From: Maricaulis maris
Lineage (GTDB): Bacteria; Pseudomonadota; Alphaproteobacteria; Caulobacterales; Maricaulaceae
DNA length: 64,000 nucleotides
NCBI RefSeq assembly: GCF_049116555.1
Contig: NZ_JAGDYT010000001.1
Coordinates: forward strand, 862,793-926,792
Reading direction: 5' to 3'
Numbering within the stretch: position 1 is the stretch's first letter; each line of letters opens with the position of its first letter. Below, one piece after another: positions 39,044-49,674 of the stretch. The notes beneath the pieces were generated by a model that was given only the letters and a program-made list of their open reading frames with translations, did no database searches and was not told the DNA's origin. A program made the translations under genes and the position numbers.

Positions 39044-39745
39044 ATGAGCAGGACGCCGGCCCAATTGGCGGTCGTGATCGGCGCGACGGGCGGCGTTGGC
39101 GGGGCGCTGGCTTCGGCCCTGATCGGTCATGACGCCTATGATCGCGTGATCTGCCTGTCGCGTGGCTCCACGCCGTCCGTGGATCTCGAGAAACCTGACA
39201 GCCTTGCAAAGGCTGCGGACTGGCTGCTCAAGCAATCCGGTGAGATCAGGCTGGTCATCGATGCGACAGGCTTCCTGCATGATTCGGCCTTTTCGCCAGA
39301 GCGCAGCCTGCGTGATCTCGACCCGGCGCACCTGCACAAGGCCTTCGCTGTCAACGCCATCGGACCGGCCTTGCTGATGAAGCACATCCTGCCCCTTCTG
39401 CCGCGCAAGGGGCGGACGGTCTTTGCCACCCTGTCGGCTCGGGTCGGGTCGATCGCGGATAACCGGCTCGGCGGCTGGCATGCCTATCGAGCGTCGAAAT
39501 CCGCGCTGAACCAGCTCATGCGGGGCGCAGCGATCGAGCTGGCCCGTTCGCGGCGCGAGGCGATCTGTGTGGCGTTGCATCCGGGCACGGTCGATACCGC
39601 GCTGTCAGCGCCGTTTGCCAAAACCGGGCTGGAGGTCCGCCCGGCAAGCGAGGCGGCGGGGGATATCCTGCGCGTGATTGCGGGCCTGACGGCAGTGCAG
39701 ACGGGTGGCTTTTTCGACCATGACGGCAAACCCATCCCGTTTTGA
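39044..39745 (+). CDS. SDR family oxidoreductase (C-factor/CsgA-like)
   Basis: IGATGGVG, LSARVGSIADNRLGGWHAYRASK, LHPGTVDT. Confidence 0.9.
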   Translation: MSRTPAQLAVVIGATGGVGGALASALIGHDAYDRVICLSRGSTPSVDLEKPDSLAKAADWLLKQSGEIRLVIDATGFLHDSAFSPERSLRDLDPAHLHKAFAVNAIGPALLMKHILPLLPRKGRTVFATLSARVGSIADNRLGGWHAYRASKSALNQLMRGAAIELARSRREAICVALHPGTVDTALSAPFAKTGLEVRPASEAAGDILRVIAGLTAVQTGGFFDHDGKPIPF

Positions 39746-39828
39746 CGGGGGCCCGAGCTTTGATGCCCGAGCTTTGATGTCCGAGCCATTTCGGCGGATG
39801 CTGTCTGTGACGTGTTTCGCTGGAAGGC

Positions 39829-39902
39829 TGGAGGCACCGCCCGGAATCGAACCGGGGTACACGGATTTGCAATCCGCTGCGTCACCACTCCGCCACGGTG
39901 CC
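39829..39902 (-). tRNA. tRNA-Cys (GCA)
   Basis: 74-nt cloverleaf, anticodon loop TTGCAAA, encoded CCA. Confidence 0.95.
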
Positions 39903-40148
39903 AAGCCTTGCGAGGCGGGAGCTATAGCGCTCTCGCGCGGCGCGAGCAATCCGGCTTTGTCACCTTCAGGGCAGTGCAGTGAGTATTGGGGTTGAAGCCG
40001 CTTTGCCGATGTGCGCCGCCCGCTGGCGAAAGCGAGGTGGCTGCGAGGCAATTCGACGCGCGCGCAGTGGCATGCTTGCCGGGTTGTGGCATGCCGGGAT
40101 ATATCGGGCCGAACGCATCCCGACAGGGCCTGGCCGAAGGAGAGCCTC

Positions 40149-40802
40149 GTGAGCGAATTCGAAACAGCGCGCAAGCAGATGGTGGACAGCCAGATCCGGC
40201 CGTCCGATGTGACCGACCGTCGCCTGATTGCGGCCTTTCTCGATATTCCCCGTCATCTCTTTGTGCCGCGCGCCCGCCGGGCCTCAGCCTATGCGGATGC
40301 ACAGGTCCAGGTAGGTGACGTGCGCACGCTCATGCGGCCGCGCGACATCGCCAAACTGGTTCACGCCGCTGACATCCAGCCGGATGAGCTGGTGCTCGAC
40401 ATCGCCTGTGCTCGTGGCTACTCCACCGCCATTCTCGCGCGGATGGCCGGAACCGTGGTCGGTCTCGAATCGGATGAGGACAGTCTCGCGCGCGCCAGCG
40501 GCCTGCTCGCAGATGCCGGCGCCGACAATGCGGTCGTCATCGAGGGCGATCTGGCTGCGGGTGTCGCGAAGCAGGGCCCGTTCAACGTGATCTTCGTCAA
40601 TGGCGCCATTGATGACGTTCCCCAGGCCTGGTTCGACCAGCTCGCTCCGGGCGGCCGACTGGTCGCGGTGATCCGCAAGGGCCCGATCGGCAAGGCGACG
40701 GTCTTCACCAAGTCGGCAGCTGGCATTGGTGAGCGTCAGGTTTTCGATGCCCATGTCGCGCCGTTGCTGGGTTTCCAGGCCGAAGCCGGCTTCGTGCTCT
40801 GA
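40149..40802 (+). CDS. pcm: Protein-L-isoaspartate O-methyltransferase
   Basis: ARKQMVDSQIRP, VPRARRASAY, LDIAC..GYS, GGRLVAV; conserved pcm-tolC-popZ order. Confidence 0.85.
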   Translation: MSEFETARKQMVDSQIRPSDVTDRRLIAAFLDIPRHLFVPRARRASAYADAQVQVGDVRTLMRPRDIAKLVHAADIQPDELVLDIACARGYSTAILARMAGTVVGLESDEDSLARASGLLADAGADNAVVIEGDLAAGVAKQGPFNVIFVNGAIDDVPQAWFDQLAPGGRLVAVIRKGPIGKATVFTKSAAGIGERQVFDAHVAPLLGFQAEAGFVL

Positions 40803-40908
40803 TTTTTTTCGTTTCTCGGAACGGAAACATCTCTCTCAAACGTTACAGGGACGTCGGGGTGGTCTGTCCGGCCCGAACACGTCTGCGCGAGGTTACCAAA
40901 ATATCAGG

Positions 40909-40923
40909 GTGAACAGTGTTCAC
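40909..40923. promoter_or_regulatory. Perfect 15-bp palindrome upstream of tolC (candidate operator)
   Basis: GTGAACA-G-TGTTCAC. Confidence 0.45.
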
Positions 40924-41075
40924 TTTTAATCATGGCGTGCCTATATGCGGCCATGGTGTGCGCGAGGGCAGGAATTGGACTGCCAAACCGTGACCGGACT
41001 GGATCAGGTCGCGCGAAGCGCTAGTATGTGACGAAAGCGGCGGGCGAGTCTTCGGCGCCGCAAGAGGGGTTCGTA

Positions 41076-42476
41076 ATGTTGCGATTGAAGAATTTTGCGC
41101 TCGTACTGGCAGCCGGCGCATCGGCGCTGGCTCTGGCCGGTGTTGGTGCCGGTGCCGGTCAGGCCCAGACGCTCGAAGAGACTCTGGCGCTGGCCTATGA
41201 GTCCAACCCGACCCTGCAGGCCGAGCGAGCCCGATTGCGCGCGACCGATGAGGGACGCATCCAGGCCCAGGCCGGACGTCTGCCTTCCGTGTCGGCTTCG
41301 GCTTCGATTTCGCGTTCGCATTCTGAAGGCGAGAGTTTTTCCCAGATCAACAATACGTCGAACAGTTTCGAGTCCGACGCGACGCCGAAGAATTACAGCC
41401 TGTCGGCGAGCCAGCCAATCTATCGTGGCGGCCGCATTGATGGGGCGATTGACCAGGCTACGGCGGTCGTGATGGCCGGCCGCGAGACGCTTCGGGCAAC
41501 CGAGCAGACCGTGCTGGTCGATGCCGTCACGGCCTTCATGGACGTGCGTCGCGACAATAATGTCATCGAGATCCGACAGAACAATGTCGAAGTCCTGTCC
41601 CAGCAATTGCGTGCGGCGCAGGATCGGTTCGAAGTCGGTGAGATCACACGGACGGATGTGTCCCAGGCCGAGGCCCGCCTGTCTGCCGCCCAGACACAAT
41701 TGTCGGCCGCGCAGGCCCAGCTCGGCGCCAGTCGCGCGGCCTATGAGCGTGTGACCGGTCAGCCGGCCGCATCGCTCAGCGAGCCACCCGCCTTGCCGCC
41801 TCTGCCCGACAATCTCGCGGATGCGGCCGAGTTCGCCTTCGACAATAGCCCGCAATTGCTGGCCGCCCGCTATGGCGAAGAAGCTGCCCAGCATGCCATT
41901 CGCATCGCGCGCGGCGCCCTTCGTCCGGAAGTGTCGCTGACCGCATCGGCCTCTTCGGCCCGCGATTCGAGCTTCTCCGGTGATGTTCGCGACAGCACGT
42001 CGATCATGGGCCAGGTCTCGGTGCCGATCTTTACCGGCGGACTGAACCGTTCGCGCGTGCGCGCTGCGGTTGCCCAGGAAGAACAGGCCCGCTTCCAGGT
42101 GCGTGAAGCCCGTCGCCAGGTCACTGAAGCGGTCACCAATGCCTGGTATTCCTACGTTGCCTCGCTGGCGGTGATCGAATCCAGCCGTCAGGCCGTGCTC
42201 GCCAACGAGATCGCGCTGGACGGCGTGCAGCAGGAAGCCTTTGTCGGCATCCGGACCACGCTGGACGTGCTCAATGCGGAACAGGAACTCCTCGAATCCC
42301 GCCTGACCTTCGTGACCGCCGAGCGCGACAGCTTCGTGGCCGGTTACCGGTTGCTGCAGGCGATGGGTCTGGCATCGGCGGAACGACTGGGGCTGGATGT
42401 GGATATTTATGATGCCGCCGCAGCCGATTCACGCGAATCACGTTTCCCTAACCTTGACTTAACGCCCTGGGACTAG
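41076..42476 (+). CDS. tolC: TolC family outer membrane efflux protein
   Basis: Signal peptide, LAYESNPTL, RFEVGEITRTDV.QAEARL, GIRTTLDVLNAEQE. Confidence 0.9.
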   Translation: MLRLKNFALVLAAGASALALAGVGAGAGQAQTLEETLALAYESNPTLQAERARLRATDEGRIQAQAGRLPSVSASASISRSHSEGESFSQINNTSNSFESDATPKNYSLSASQPIYRGGRIDGAIDQATAVVMAGRETLRATEQTVLVDAVTAFMDVRRDNNVIEIRQNNVEVLSQQLRAAQDRFEVGEITRTDVSQAEARLSAAQTQLSAAQAQLGASRAAYERVTGQPAASLSEPPALPPLPDNLADAAEFAFDNSPQLLAARYGEEAAQHAIRIARGALRPEVSLTASASSARDSSFSGDVRDSTSIMGQVSVPIFTGGLNRSRVRAAVAQEEQARFQVREARRQVTEAVTNAWYSYVASLAVIESSRQAVLANEIALDGVQQEAFVGIRTTLDVLNAEQELLESRLTFVTAERDSFVAGYRLLQAMGLASAERLGLDVDIYDAAAADSRESRFPNLDLTPWD

Positions 42477-42608
42477 GGTTTTTGAAGAGTCACGGGCTGG
42501 ACAGGCGAGTTCCGGCCCGGTTTATTCGCGTGATACGGGAAGCCGCGTTCGCGGAAACCCGCAACGCCGACTGCAGACGCAGACCGTAGACAAGGGACTT
42601 GGGCGCTC

Positions 42609-43196
42609 ATGGCCGATGCCGCTGAAAACGAACCGTCAATGGAGGAGATCCTCTCTTCCATCCGTCGCATCATCAACGAAGACGATGAAGACGCGCCGGC
42701 TGAGGCCGAGGCTGAAGCTGCGCCGGAACCGGCTGCGGACGAGCCCCAGAGCCAGGATGATGTTGACGCCCTGTTCGACGAGCCGGCCGCGGATGCCGGC
42801 GGTGATGACGTTCTCGAACTGACCGAGATGGTCGATGATATCGACGAGGGCACCGAGCCGCTCTCGATGGATGACGATCTGATGATTGTCGATCGCGAGG
42901 AAGAGGTCGAGCCGGGGCCGGTCGCCGAGGCCGAGCCCGAGATTGATTTCGACGCCCTTGCTGACGAGACCGCTGACGGCATCATGAGCGAGCCGGCCGC
43001 GGCAGCTGCCATGGGGTCTTTCCACACACTGGCGGACACCATCCGCATTTCCGACGAGGAAGGCCGGACGCTGGAAGGTGTCGTTCGTGCGCTCCTGCGT
43101 CCGATGCTGAAGGACTGGCTCGATGCCAACCTGCCGTCGATTGTCGACGAGAAGGTGCAGGCGGAGATCGACCGGGTTGCTCGCCGTCGCCGCTAG
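42609..43196 (+). CDS. popZ: Polar organizing protein PopZ (DUF2497)
   Basis: N-terminal EPSMEEILSSIRRII, acidic Pro-rich linker, C-terminal LLRPMLKDWLDANLPSIV. Confidence 0.9.
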   Translation: MADAAENEPSMEEILSSIRRIINEDDEDAPAEAEAEAAPEPAADEPQSQDDVDALFDEPAADAGGDDVLELTEMVDDIDEGTEPLSMDDDLMIVDREEEVEPGPVAEAEPEIDFDALADETADGIMSEPAAAAAMGSFHTLADTIRISDEEGRTLEGVVRALLRPMLKDWLDANLPSIVDEKVQAEIDRVARRRR

Positions 43197-43223
43197 GCGA
43201 AAACGACAAGGCTGGTATGAAAG

Positions 43224-43253
43224 AAGGCGCGCCCCGGCGGGACGCGCCTTTTT
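43224..43253. terminator. Terminator between popZ and mltF
   Basis: aaggcgcg...cgcgcctt followed by a T-tract. Confidence 0.65.
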
Positions 43254-43276
43254 GCTGCCCCGATATCCGGCCCGGA

Positions 43277-44668
43277 TCAGATGTCCTGCGCTGCGAGCAT
43301 GGCGCGATATTCGCGAATCTTCTCGACATAGCGCACCGGTTCGTGACCCCGGGCATAGCCATAGCGCAAAGTCGCGTAATGCTCCGGGTCGGAGAGGAGG
43401 GGCAGGATCTCGGCGAGGTCATCCCAGCTGTCCTTGTTGCGGCCCAGGCGCTCGGCCAGGCGCCGCGCATCATACATGTGGCCCATGCCGACATTATAGG
43501 CTGCCAGCGCGAACCAGAGACGGTCCTCACCGGTCACGCCATCGGGAACGCGGGCATAGAGGTCATCCAGATAGGCCGCGCCGCCGCGAATGCTCTGGCG
43601 CGGGTCGGTGCGGTCATCAATGCCGACCCGTTCCGCTGTGGACAGGGTCAGCATCATCAGTCCGCGCACGCCGGTGGCGCTCACGGCATCGGGGTCCCAA
43701 TGTGATTCCTGATAGGCCTGAGCTGCCAGCAATTCCCATTCAAACGGCAGGTCCTCTGCGGCGTCTTCGAACCAGCGTCGATATCGGGGCAGGCGGTCAT
43801 CGACCCGCCTTACGAAGCGGGCAATGTCGACATAGTCGTAATCGCCGTACTGGCCGAACCATGTCTCATCCAGCGCTTCCAGCAAGCCGCTGGAGTGAGC
43901 CTGTGCGAACCAGTCGGCGAGCGCAGAATCAAGCCCTTCGACCCGGGCGTCATAGGCCCAGGCCAGGGATTGTTCACCGGTAAGGTTCTGGGCCACGACG
44001 AGTTCGGGATGGCGGCGCCGTGCAAAATCGACGAGATGACTGTCCGAGACGGTGCAGGCAATATCGCCCCCATCAACCGCTTCCAAAAGCGGCATGGCCG
44101 ATCCTCCGGGCTCGGAGTCCCAGCGGATATCGGGATGCTGCGCCTGAAGGGCGATCAATGTTTCCTCGTAACTCGAGCCTTCCAGGACATGGATATCCGT
44201 GTTCGCGAGCCCGTCGCGGCGTGTCGGGGATGGCCCACCGCGCCGACAGACAAGTTGTTCGGTCACGGCCTTGTAGGCCGGCGCGAAGGCGAGGCGCTCC
44301 GCCCGGCCAGTCGTCTGCGTGAGGCCGGCGGCGGCGATGTGACCTTCGCCGGCCTCCAGCGCTTCCAGCAATTCGGGAATCGACGCTTCCACGCGAAAAC
44401 TGGCGCTGACACCGAGTTCGCTGGCGAAGGCATTGGCCAGGTCCACCTCATAGCCACTCGGCGCGCCCGATTCCCCGATATAGCTGGTTGGCCCGGCCAG
44501 GGTCAGAATGATCAGCTCGCCGCGTTCGCGAATCAGCGAGAGCGTGTCAGGTTCTGACGGTATCGTGGCCGTGTTTGCCCCACCGCAGGCCGCGAGGGCG
44601 ATGAGGCTTGTGAAGGCTGACAGGCCGAGTTTCAGGCCCGATCTGATTGTCCGAACAATATCCGTCAT
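43277..44668 (-). CDS. mltF: Membrane-bound lytic murein transglycosylase F
   Basis: N-terminal SBP domain; SLT domain AQAYQESHWDP..GVRGLMML..LAAYNVGMGH. Confidence 0.9.
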   Translation of the reverse strand: MTDIVRTIRSGLKLGLSAFTSLIALAACGGANTATIPSEPDTLSLIRERGELIILTLAGPTSYIGESGAPSGYEVDLANAFASELGVSASFRVEASIPELLEALEAGEGHIAAAGLTQTTGRAERLAFAPAYKAVTEQLVCRRGGPSPTRRDGLANTDIHVLEGSSYEETLIALQAQHPDIRWDSEPGGSAMPLLEAVDGGDIACTVSDSHLVDFARRRHPELVVAQNLTGEQSLAWAYDARVEGLDSALADWFAQAHSSGLLEALDETWFGQYGDYDYVDIARFVRRVDDRLPRYRRWFEDAAEDLPFEWELLAAQAYQESHWDPDAVSATGVRGLMMLTLSTAERVGIDDRTDPRQSIRGGAAYLDDLYARVPDGVTGEDRLWFALAAYNVGMGHMYDARRLAERLGRNKDSWDDLAEILPLLSDPEHYATLRYGYARGHEPVRYVEKIREYRAMLAAQDI

Positions 44669-44756
44669 ATGGCTAGCCTAGGGTCGATAGTGTCGAATTT
44701 CAAACCCTGTCTTTCGATGGGCGATCGACCTTTGTTCCGTTTTGTTAACCATAAAT

Positions 44757-44789
44757 GTTCCGCTTGTGTTCCCGGAACAAAACTGGTAC
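44757..44789. promoter_or_regulatory. Alphaproteobacterial LexA (SOS) boxes upstream of recA
   Basis: GTTC-N7-GTTC at 44757-44771 and GAAC-N7-GTAC at 44775-44789. Confidence 0.8.
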
Positions 44790-44832
44790 GCCGAGACAAT
44801 GTTGCCCGGACCTGAGGGGCGTGAAATAAGGG

Positions 44833-45921
44833 ATGAAGGCTATGAGTAAGGGCGCGATTCGACTCGTGAAAAACGAAAAGAACATGAACAAGGAAAAGGC
44901 GATCGAGGCGGCGCTGAGCCAGATCGACAAGGCCTTCGGCAAGGGTTCGGTCATGAAGCTTGGCCAGAAGCCGGCCATGGAGATCGAAGCGATTTCCACG
45001 GGTTCGCTAGGCCTTGATATCGCGCTGGGAATTGGCGGCTTGCCGAAAGGCCGGATCATCGAGATTTACGGCCCGGAAAGCTCCGGCAAGACAACGCTGG
45101 CGCTCCACACGGTTGCTGAAGCCCAGAAGGCGGGCGGCGTCGCGGCTTTCGTCGATGCCGAGCACGCGCTGGACCCGGTTTATGCCGGCAAGCTGGGCGT
45201 CGATGTCGGCGAGTTGCTGGTGTCCCAGCCGGATACGGGTGAGCAGGCGCTGGAGATTGCCGACACGCTGGTTCGCTCTGGCGCGATCGACGTCCTGGTC
45301 ATCGACTCCGTCGCGGCGCTGACGCCGCGGGCCGAGCTGGAAGGCGAGATGGGCGATAGCCTGCCCGGCCTGCAAGCCCGCCTGATGAGCCAGGCCCTGC
45401 GCAAGCTGACCGGCTCGATTTCGAAGTCCAATTGCCTGGTCGTCTTCATCAATCAGATCCGCATGAAGATCGGCGTGATGTTCGGCTCGCCCGAGACCAC
45501 GACCGGCGGGAATGCGCTGAAATTCTATTCCTCGGTCCGTCTCGACATCCGCCGCATCGGTGCGATCAAGAACCGGGATGAGGTGATTGGCAATCAGACC
45601 CGCGTGAAAGTGGTCAAGAACAAGGTTGCGCCGCCTTTCCGCGAGGTCGAGTTCGACATCCTGTATGGTGAGGGTATCTCCAAGATGGGGGAACTTATCG
45701 ATCTTGGCGTAAAGGGCGAAGTGATCGAGAAGTCCGGTTCCTGGTATTCCTATAATTCCGAACGGATCGGTCAGGGGCGCGAGAATGCCCGCCAGTTCAT
45801 GCTCGACAATCCGGATATCGCCGGAGAGATCGAAGCGAAAGTGCGGGCCAATGCGGGCTTGATCGCTGATGAAATGCTGACCGGTCCGGACCTGCCGGAA
45901 GAAGACGCAGCGGCGGGCTGA
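44833..45921 (+). CDS. recA: Recombinase RecA
   Basis: [39 protein letters not shown]; start could be 44833 or 44842. Confidence 0.97.
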   Translation: MKAMSKGAIRLVKNEKNMNKEKAIEAALSQIDKAFGKGSVMKLGQKPAMEIEAISTGSLGLDIALGIGGLPKGRIIEIYGPESSGKTTLALHTVAEAQKAGGVAAFVDAEHALDPVYAGKLGVDVGELLVSQPDTGEQALEIADTLVRSGAIDVLVIDSVAALTPRAELEGEMGDSLPGLQARLMSQALRKLTGSISKSNCLVVFINQIRMKIGVMFGSPETTTGGNALKFYSSVRLDIRRIGAIKNRDEVIGNQTRVKVVKNKVAPPFREVEFDILYGEGISKMGELIDLGVKGEVIEKSGSWYSYNSERIGQGRENARQFMLDNPDIAGEIEAKVRANAGLIADEMLTGPDLPEEDAAAG

Positions 45922-46135
45922 TCCTGACGCGGCTGCCCCTCATGGCGATCGCTGGCTGACCAGGAAGGCGCGCGAACGCGTCCTTCACGTCACGCCGTCA
46001 AGGCAATCGCAGCTTGATTATGAACGGGTGCTTGGCTAGGCCGGGCACCCGTTTCTATATGTCAGTCAATAGAAACCGGTTTGCGTCAGCCCGACGGGAT
46101 GGCGCGCGAAACTCCAGCCGACGGGATCGGACATC

Positions 46136-48790
46136 ATGGCCAGCCTGCGCGACATCCGTGCGACTTTCCTCGACTATTTCGCCCAGCAGGATCATGAGGT
46201 GGTGCAATCGGCCCCGCTGGTCCCGCAGGACGATCCCACCCTGTTATTCGTGAATGCCGGCATGGTCCCGTTCAAGAATGCCTTCACCGGGCAGGAAAAA
46301 CGGTCAAGGCCACGGGCGACCAGTTCGCAGAAATGCGTGCGGGCCGGCGGCAAGCACAATGACCTGGACAATGTCGGCTATACCGCGCGCCATCACACCT
46401 TCTTTGAGATGCTGGGGAATTTCTCCTTCGGCGACTACTTCAAGGAAGAGGCCATCGCCCATGCCTGGCAGCTGGTAACACGTGAATTCGACCTCCCGGC
46501 CGACAAGCTTCTGGTCACGGTTTACTCCGAGGACGACGAAGCGCGCGCCCTGTGGCGCAAGATTGCCGGCCTGTCTGACGACCGCATTATCGGCATCTCC
46601 ACCTCTGACAATTTCTGGTCCATGGGCGATACCGGTCCGTGCGGCCCGTGCTCGGAAATCTTCTTTGATCACGGCCCGTCCATTGCTGGTGGGCCGCCCG
46701 GTTCGCCGGACGAGGATGGGGACCGTTTCATCGAGATCTGGAATCTCGTATTCATGCAGTTCGAGCAGCGTGGACCGGATGAACGCGTCAACCTGCCCAA
46801 ACCCTCCATCGACACAGGCATGGGGCTGGAGCGGATTGCGGCCATCCTGCAGGGCAAGCACAATAATTACGAGACCGACCTGTTCCGCAATCTGATCGCG
46901 GCGGGTGAGGACGTGCTGGGCGTGAAGGCAGAGGGCGACGCGCTCGGCAGCCACCGCGTGATTGCCGACCACTTGCGCTCGACCTGTTTCCTGATGGCCG
47001 ACGGGGTCAGCCCGTCCAATGAGGGGCGCGGCTATGTCCTGCGCCGCATCATGCGCCGGGCCATGCGTCATGCTCATATCCTGGGGGCAAGCGAGCCGGT
47101 CATGTGGCGTCTTGTTGAGGCCCTGAAGACCGAGATGGGCGATGCCTATCCCGAGCTCAATCGGGCCCAGGCTCTGTTGGAAGACACGCTGAAAATCGAA
47201 GAGGAGCGGTTCCAGCGCACCCTGGGTCGCGGCCTCTCCCTGCTGGAAGAGGCGACGGCCGACATGGCCGAAGGCGATGCCCTGGCCGGTGCCACGGCGT
47301 TCAAGCTCTATGACACGTATGGCTTCCCGCTCGATCTCACCCAGGACGCGCTGCGTGCCAAGGGGATGACGGTGGACGAGGCCGGCTTCGACAAGGCCAT
47401 GGCCAAGCAGCGCGCCGATGCCCGGGCCAGCAAGTTTTCCTCCGGCGACGCCGCACCTGACGCGGTCTGGTTCGCCGTGCGCGACAAGGCTGGTCCGACC
47501 ACCTTTACCGGCTATGCCGGCACGGGCGGAGAGGGGCGGCTTCTGGCCATCGTTTCGGGCGGTCAGGACGCCAAGGCGCTGGGCGCCGGTCAGCGCGCCG
47601 AACTGGTTTTCGACACCACGCCCTTTTATGGCGAGAGCGGCGGCCAGTGTGGCGATAGCGGCGAGATCCGTTTCACCGATGGGGCCGTTTTCACGGTCGA
47701 GGATACGCAAAAGCGCGGTGGCGACATGCACGCCCATATCGGAGTGCTGACCAAGGGGGACATCACGCTGGGCGACTCGGCGGTCCTGGACGCCGACGCG
47801 CCGCGCCGGGCCGCGATCAAATCCAATCATTCGGCGACGCATCTGGCTCATGCGGCGCTGCGCGCAGTGCTCGGCGATCATGTGACCCAGAAAGGCTCGC
47901 ACGTCGGTCCCGATCGCCTGCGCTTCGACTTCTCGCACAACAAGGCCGTCAGCCCGGCCGAGCTGGCGCTGATCGAGGCTCAGGTCAATGCGGTGATCCG
48001 CCAGAATGATGATGTCTCGACCCGTGAAATGACTCCTGACGCTGCCATCGAGGCCGGCGCGCTCGCCCTGTTCGGCGAGAAATATGGTGACAAGGTTCGC
48101 GTGCTGACCATGGGGCAGGCGCTGGCCGATCACGCGACGCCCTACTCGGTCGAGCTGTGCGGCGGCACGCATGTCGCCCGCACCGGCGATATCGCCCTGT
48201 TCAAGATCGTCGGCGAGACCGCGGTTTCCTCTGGCATTCGTCGGATCGAGGCGATGACGGGCGAGGGGGCACGCCTCTATATGGAAGAGCAGATGGGCTA
48301 TGGTCGCGCTGCAGCCGACGCGTTGAAAATCCCGCCTGCGGACCTGGTCACGCGCGTCTCCAGCCTGATGGATGAACGCAAGAAGCTTGAGCGCCAGCTG
48401 GCCGAGGCCAAGAAACAACTGGCCATGGGCGGCGGCGCTGCGGGCGCGCCGGCCGGGCCGGAAAGCGTCAATGGCGTCAGCTTTATCGGCCGCGTGGTCG
48501 AGGGCGTGGGCGGCAAGGATCTGCGCGGTCTGATCGACGAGGCCAAGGCCCAGATGGGCTCGGGCGTGGCGGCCTTCATTGGTGTCAATGATGGCAAGGC
48601 GGCGCTTGCGGTTGGCGTGACCGATGATCTCAAGGATCGTTTCGGGGCGGTTGATCTGGTCAAGGCCGGAGCGGCGGCAGTCGGCGGCAAGGGGGGCGGT
48701 GGTCGCCCGGACTTCGCCCAGGCTGGCGGCCCGGACGGGTCGAAGGCCGGAGCCGGCATTCAGGCCATTCGCGACGTGCTTGCAGGCTGA
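46136..48790 (+). CDS. alaS: Alanine--tRNA ligase
   Basis: [29 protein letters not shown] and ELCGGTH editing motifs, [15 protein letters not shown]. Confidence 0.97.
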   Translation: MASLRDIRATFLDYFAQQDHEVVQSAPLVPQDDPTLLFVNAGMVPFKNAFTGQEKRSRPRATSSQKCVRAGGKHNDLDNVGYTARHHTFFEMLGNFSFGDYFKEEAIAHAWQLVTREFDLPADKLLVTVYSEDDEARALWRKIAGLSDDRIIGISTSDNFWSMGDTGPCGPCSEIFFDHGPSIAGGPPGSPDEDGDRFIEIWNLVFMQFEQRGPDERVNLPKPSIDTGMGLERIAAILQGKHNNYETDLFRNLIAAGEDVLGVKAEGDALGSHRVIADHLRSTCFLMADGVSPSNEGRGYVLRRIMRRAMRHAHILGASEPVMWRLVEALKTEMGDAYPELNRAQALLEDTLKIEEERFQRTLGRGLSLLEEATADMAEGDALAGATAFKLYDTYGFPLDLTQDALRAKGMTVDEAGFDKAMAKQRADARASKFSSGDAAPDAVWFAVRDKAGPTTFTGYAGTGGEGRLLAIVSGGQDAKALGAGQRAELVFDTTPFYGESGGQCGDSGEIRFTDGAVFTVEDTQKRGGDMHAHIGVLTKGDITLGDSAVLDADAPRRAAIKSNHSATHLAHAALRAVLGDHVTQKGSHVGPDRLRFDFSHNKAVSPAELALIEAQVNAVIRQNDDVSTREMTPDAAIEAGALALFGEKYGDKVRVLTMGQALADHATPYSVELCGGTHVARTGDIALFKIVGETAVSSGIRRIEAMTGEGARLYMEEQMGYGRAAADALKIPPADLVTRVSSLMDERKKLERQLAEAKKQLAMGGGAAGAPAGPESVNGVSFIGRVVEGVGGKDLRGLIDEAKAQMGSGVAAFIGVNDGKAALAVGVTDDLKDRFGAVDLVKAGAAAVGGKGGGGRPDFAQAGGPDGSKAGAGIQAIRDVLAG

Positions 48791-49230
48791 TGGGCAAGCC
48801 GGCCAAGTCAGACGTCCAGCTGGTCGGCGACAAGTCCGCGGCGCGGGCCATCGCGGCCGCGCGGGCGGATTTCAATGCGGCGCTGGAGGGCCGGGCGCTC
48901 AAGGCGATCGCGGGTCATCTGGTCGAGGATGCTGTCCTGGTACCGGGTGACGAGGCCCAGCTGATCACGGGACGCGATGCCCAGCTCGAAGCCTGGGCAT
49001 CCATTTTCAGCCAGATGCCGGACGTCAGCTATGTTCGGACCCCGTCCCGGATTGAAGTTTGCGAAGACAGCCATCTGGCAGCCGAGACGGGGCGCTGGAA
49101 GGGGGCCTGGTCTACTGATGGCTTCGCCATTCGCTATACCGGCCGCTATTTTGCCAAATGGCGCTGCGTGGATGGTGTCTGGCAGATCGAGGCCGAGACC
49201 TTTGTCACGATGAAGCGGAGCGGCGGCTAA
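48790..49230 (+). CDS. NTF2-like (DUF4440/SgcJ) protein
   Basis: ITGRDAQ..AW..., LAAETGRWKG, YFAKWRCVDGVWQIEAE; overlaps the alaS stop. Confidence 0.7.
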   Translation: MGKPAKSDVQLVGDKSAARAIAAARADFNAALEGRALKAIAGHLVEDAVLVPGDEAQLITGRDAQLEAWASIFSQMPDVSYVRTPSRIEVCEDSHLAAETGRWKGAWSTDGFAIRYTGRYFAKWRCVDGVWQIEAETFVTMKRSGG

Positions 49231-49233
49231 GGC

Positions 49234-49671
49234 ATGGGCTGGCGGGATCGAATACGGCGCGCTGTCCGCATTTTCAGGCATGGGCGACCGCCGGAGGGGT
49301 TGTCGCTGGCGGGCGAGTGGGTCGGCACCTACAGCTATTCGGACGCGGCCGCCCCGGTGCCCTTTGTGGTTCGCCTTGGCGATGTCGGCGGGCGGCTGAG
49401 TGGAACATCGGAAGAGGCCAACACCTTTGCGGACCCGTCTGCGAGCCACCTTCATGCTGCGCTGTCCGGCCGCCGTGAGGGGTGGGATGCCAGCTTCACC
49501 AAAACCTATGACGGTGCGGGCGGGGCGGACCACAGCCTGGATTACACCGGCCAGATCAGTGTGTGTGGAAGGCGGATCAGGGGGCGTTGGAGACTGCCGG
49601 TTGAGCAGGCAGGCATGGATTGGTCCGGCGGGTTCTCGATGACGCGTCGCGATGTGGCGAATGAGCGCTAA
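49234..49671 (+). CDS. Hypothetical beta-rich protein
   Basis: WVGTYSY..LSGTSEE..SFTKTYDG..IRGRW; directly follows the NTF2 gene. Confidence 0.55.
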   Translation: MGWRDRIRRAVRIFRHGRPPEGLSLAGEWVGTYSYSDAAAPVPFVVRLGDVGGRLSGTSEEANTFADPSASHLHAALSGRREGWDASFTKTYDGAGGADHSLDYTGQISVCGRRIRGRWRLPVEQAGMDWSGGFSMTRRDVANER

Positions 49672-49674
49672 GCG

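Noticed and set aside
39752-39786. 14-bp tandem duplication (cccgagctttgatg x2.5) near the tRNA-Cys 3' end
   Set aside because: Too short and too few copies for CRISPR or a VNTR; no integrase or duplicated tRNA 3' end to suggest an att scar
10176-39902. tRNA-Val, -Asn and -Cys as genomic island integration sites
   Set aside because: No integrase, no repeated tRNA 3' ends and no composition shift in flanking genes
46304-48418. Long antisense ORFs (704 aa here; also 12637-14373, 24052-25728, 32995-34800)
   Set aside because: Typical stop-free antisense frames of GC-rich coding genes; no motifs of their own
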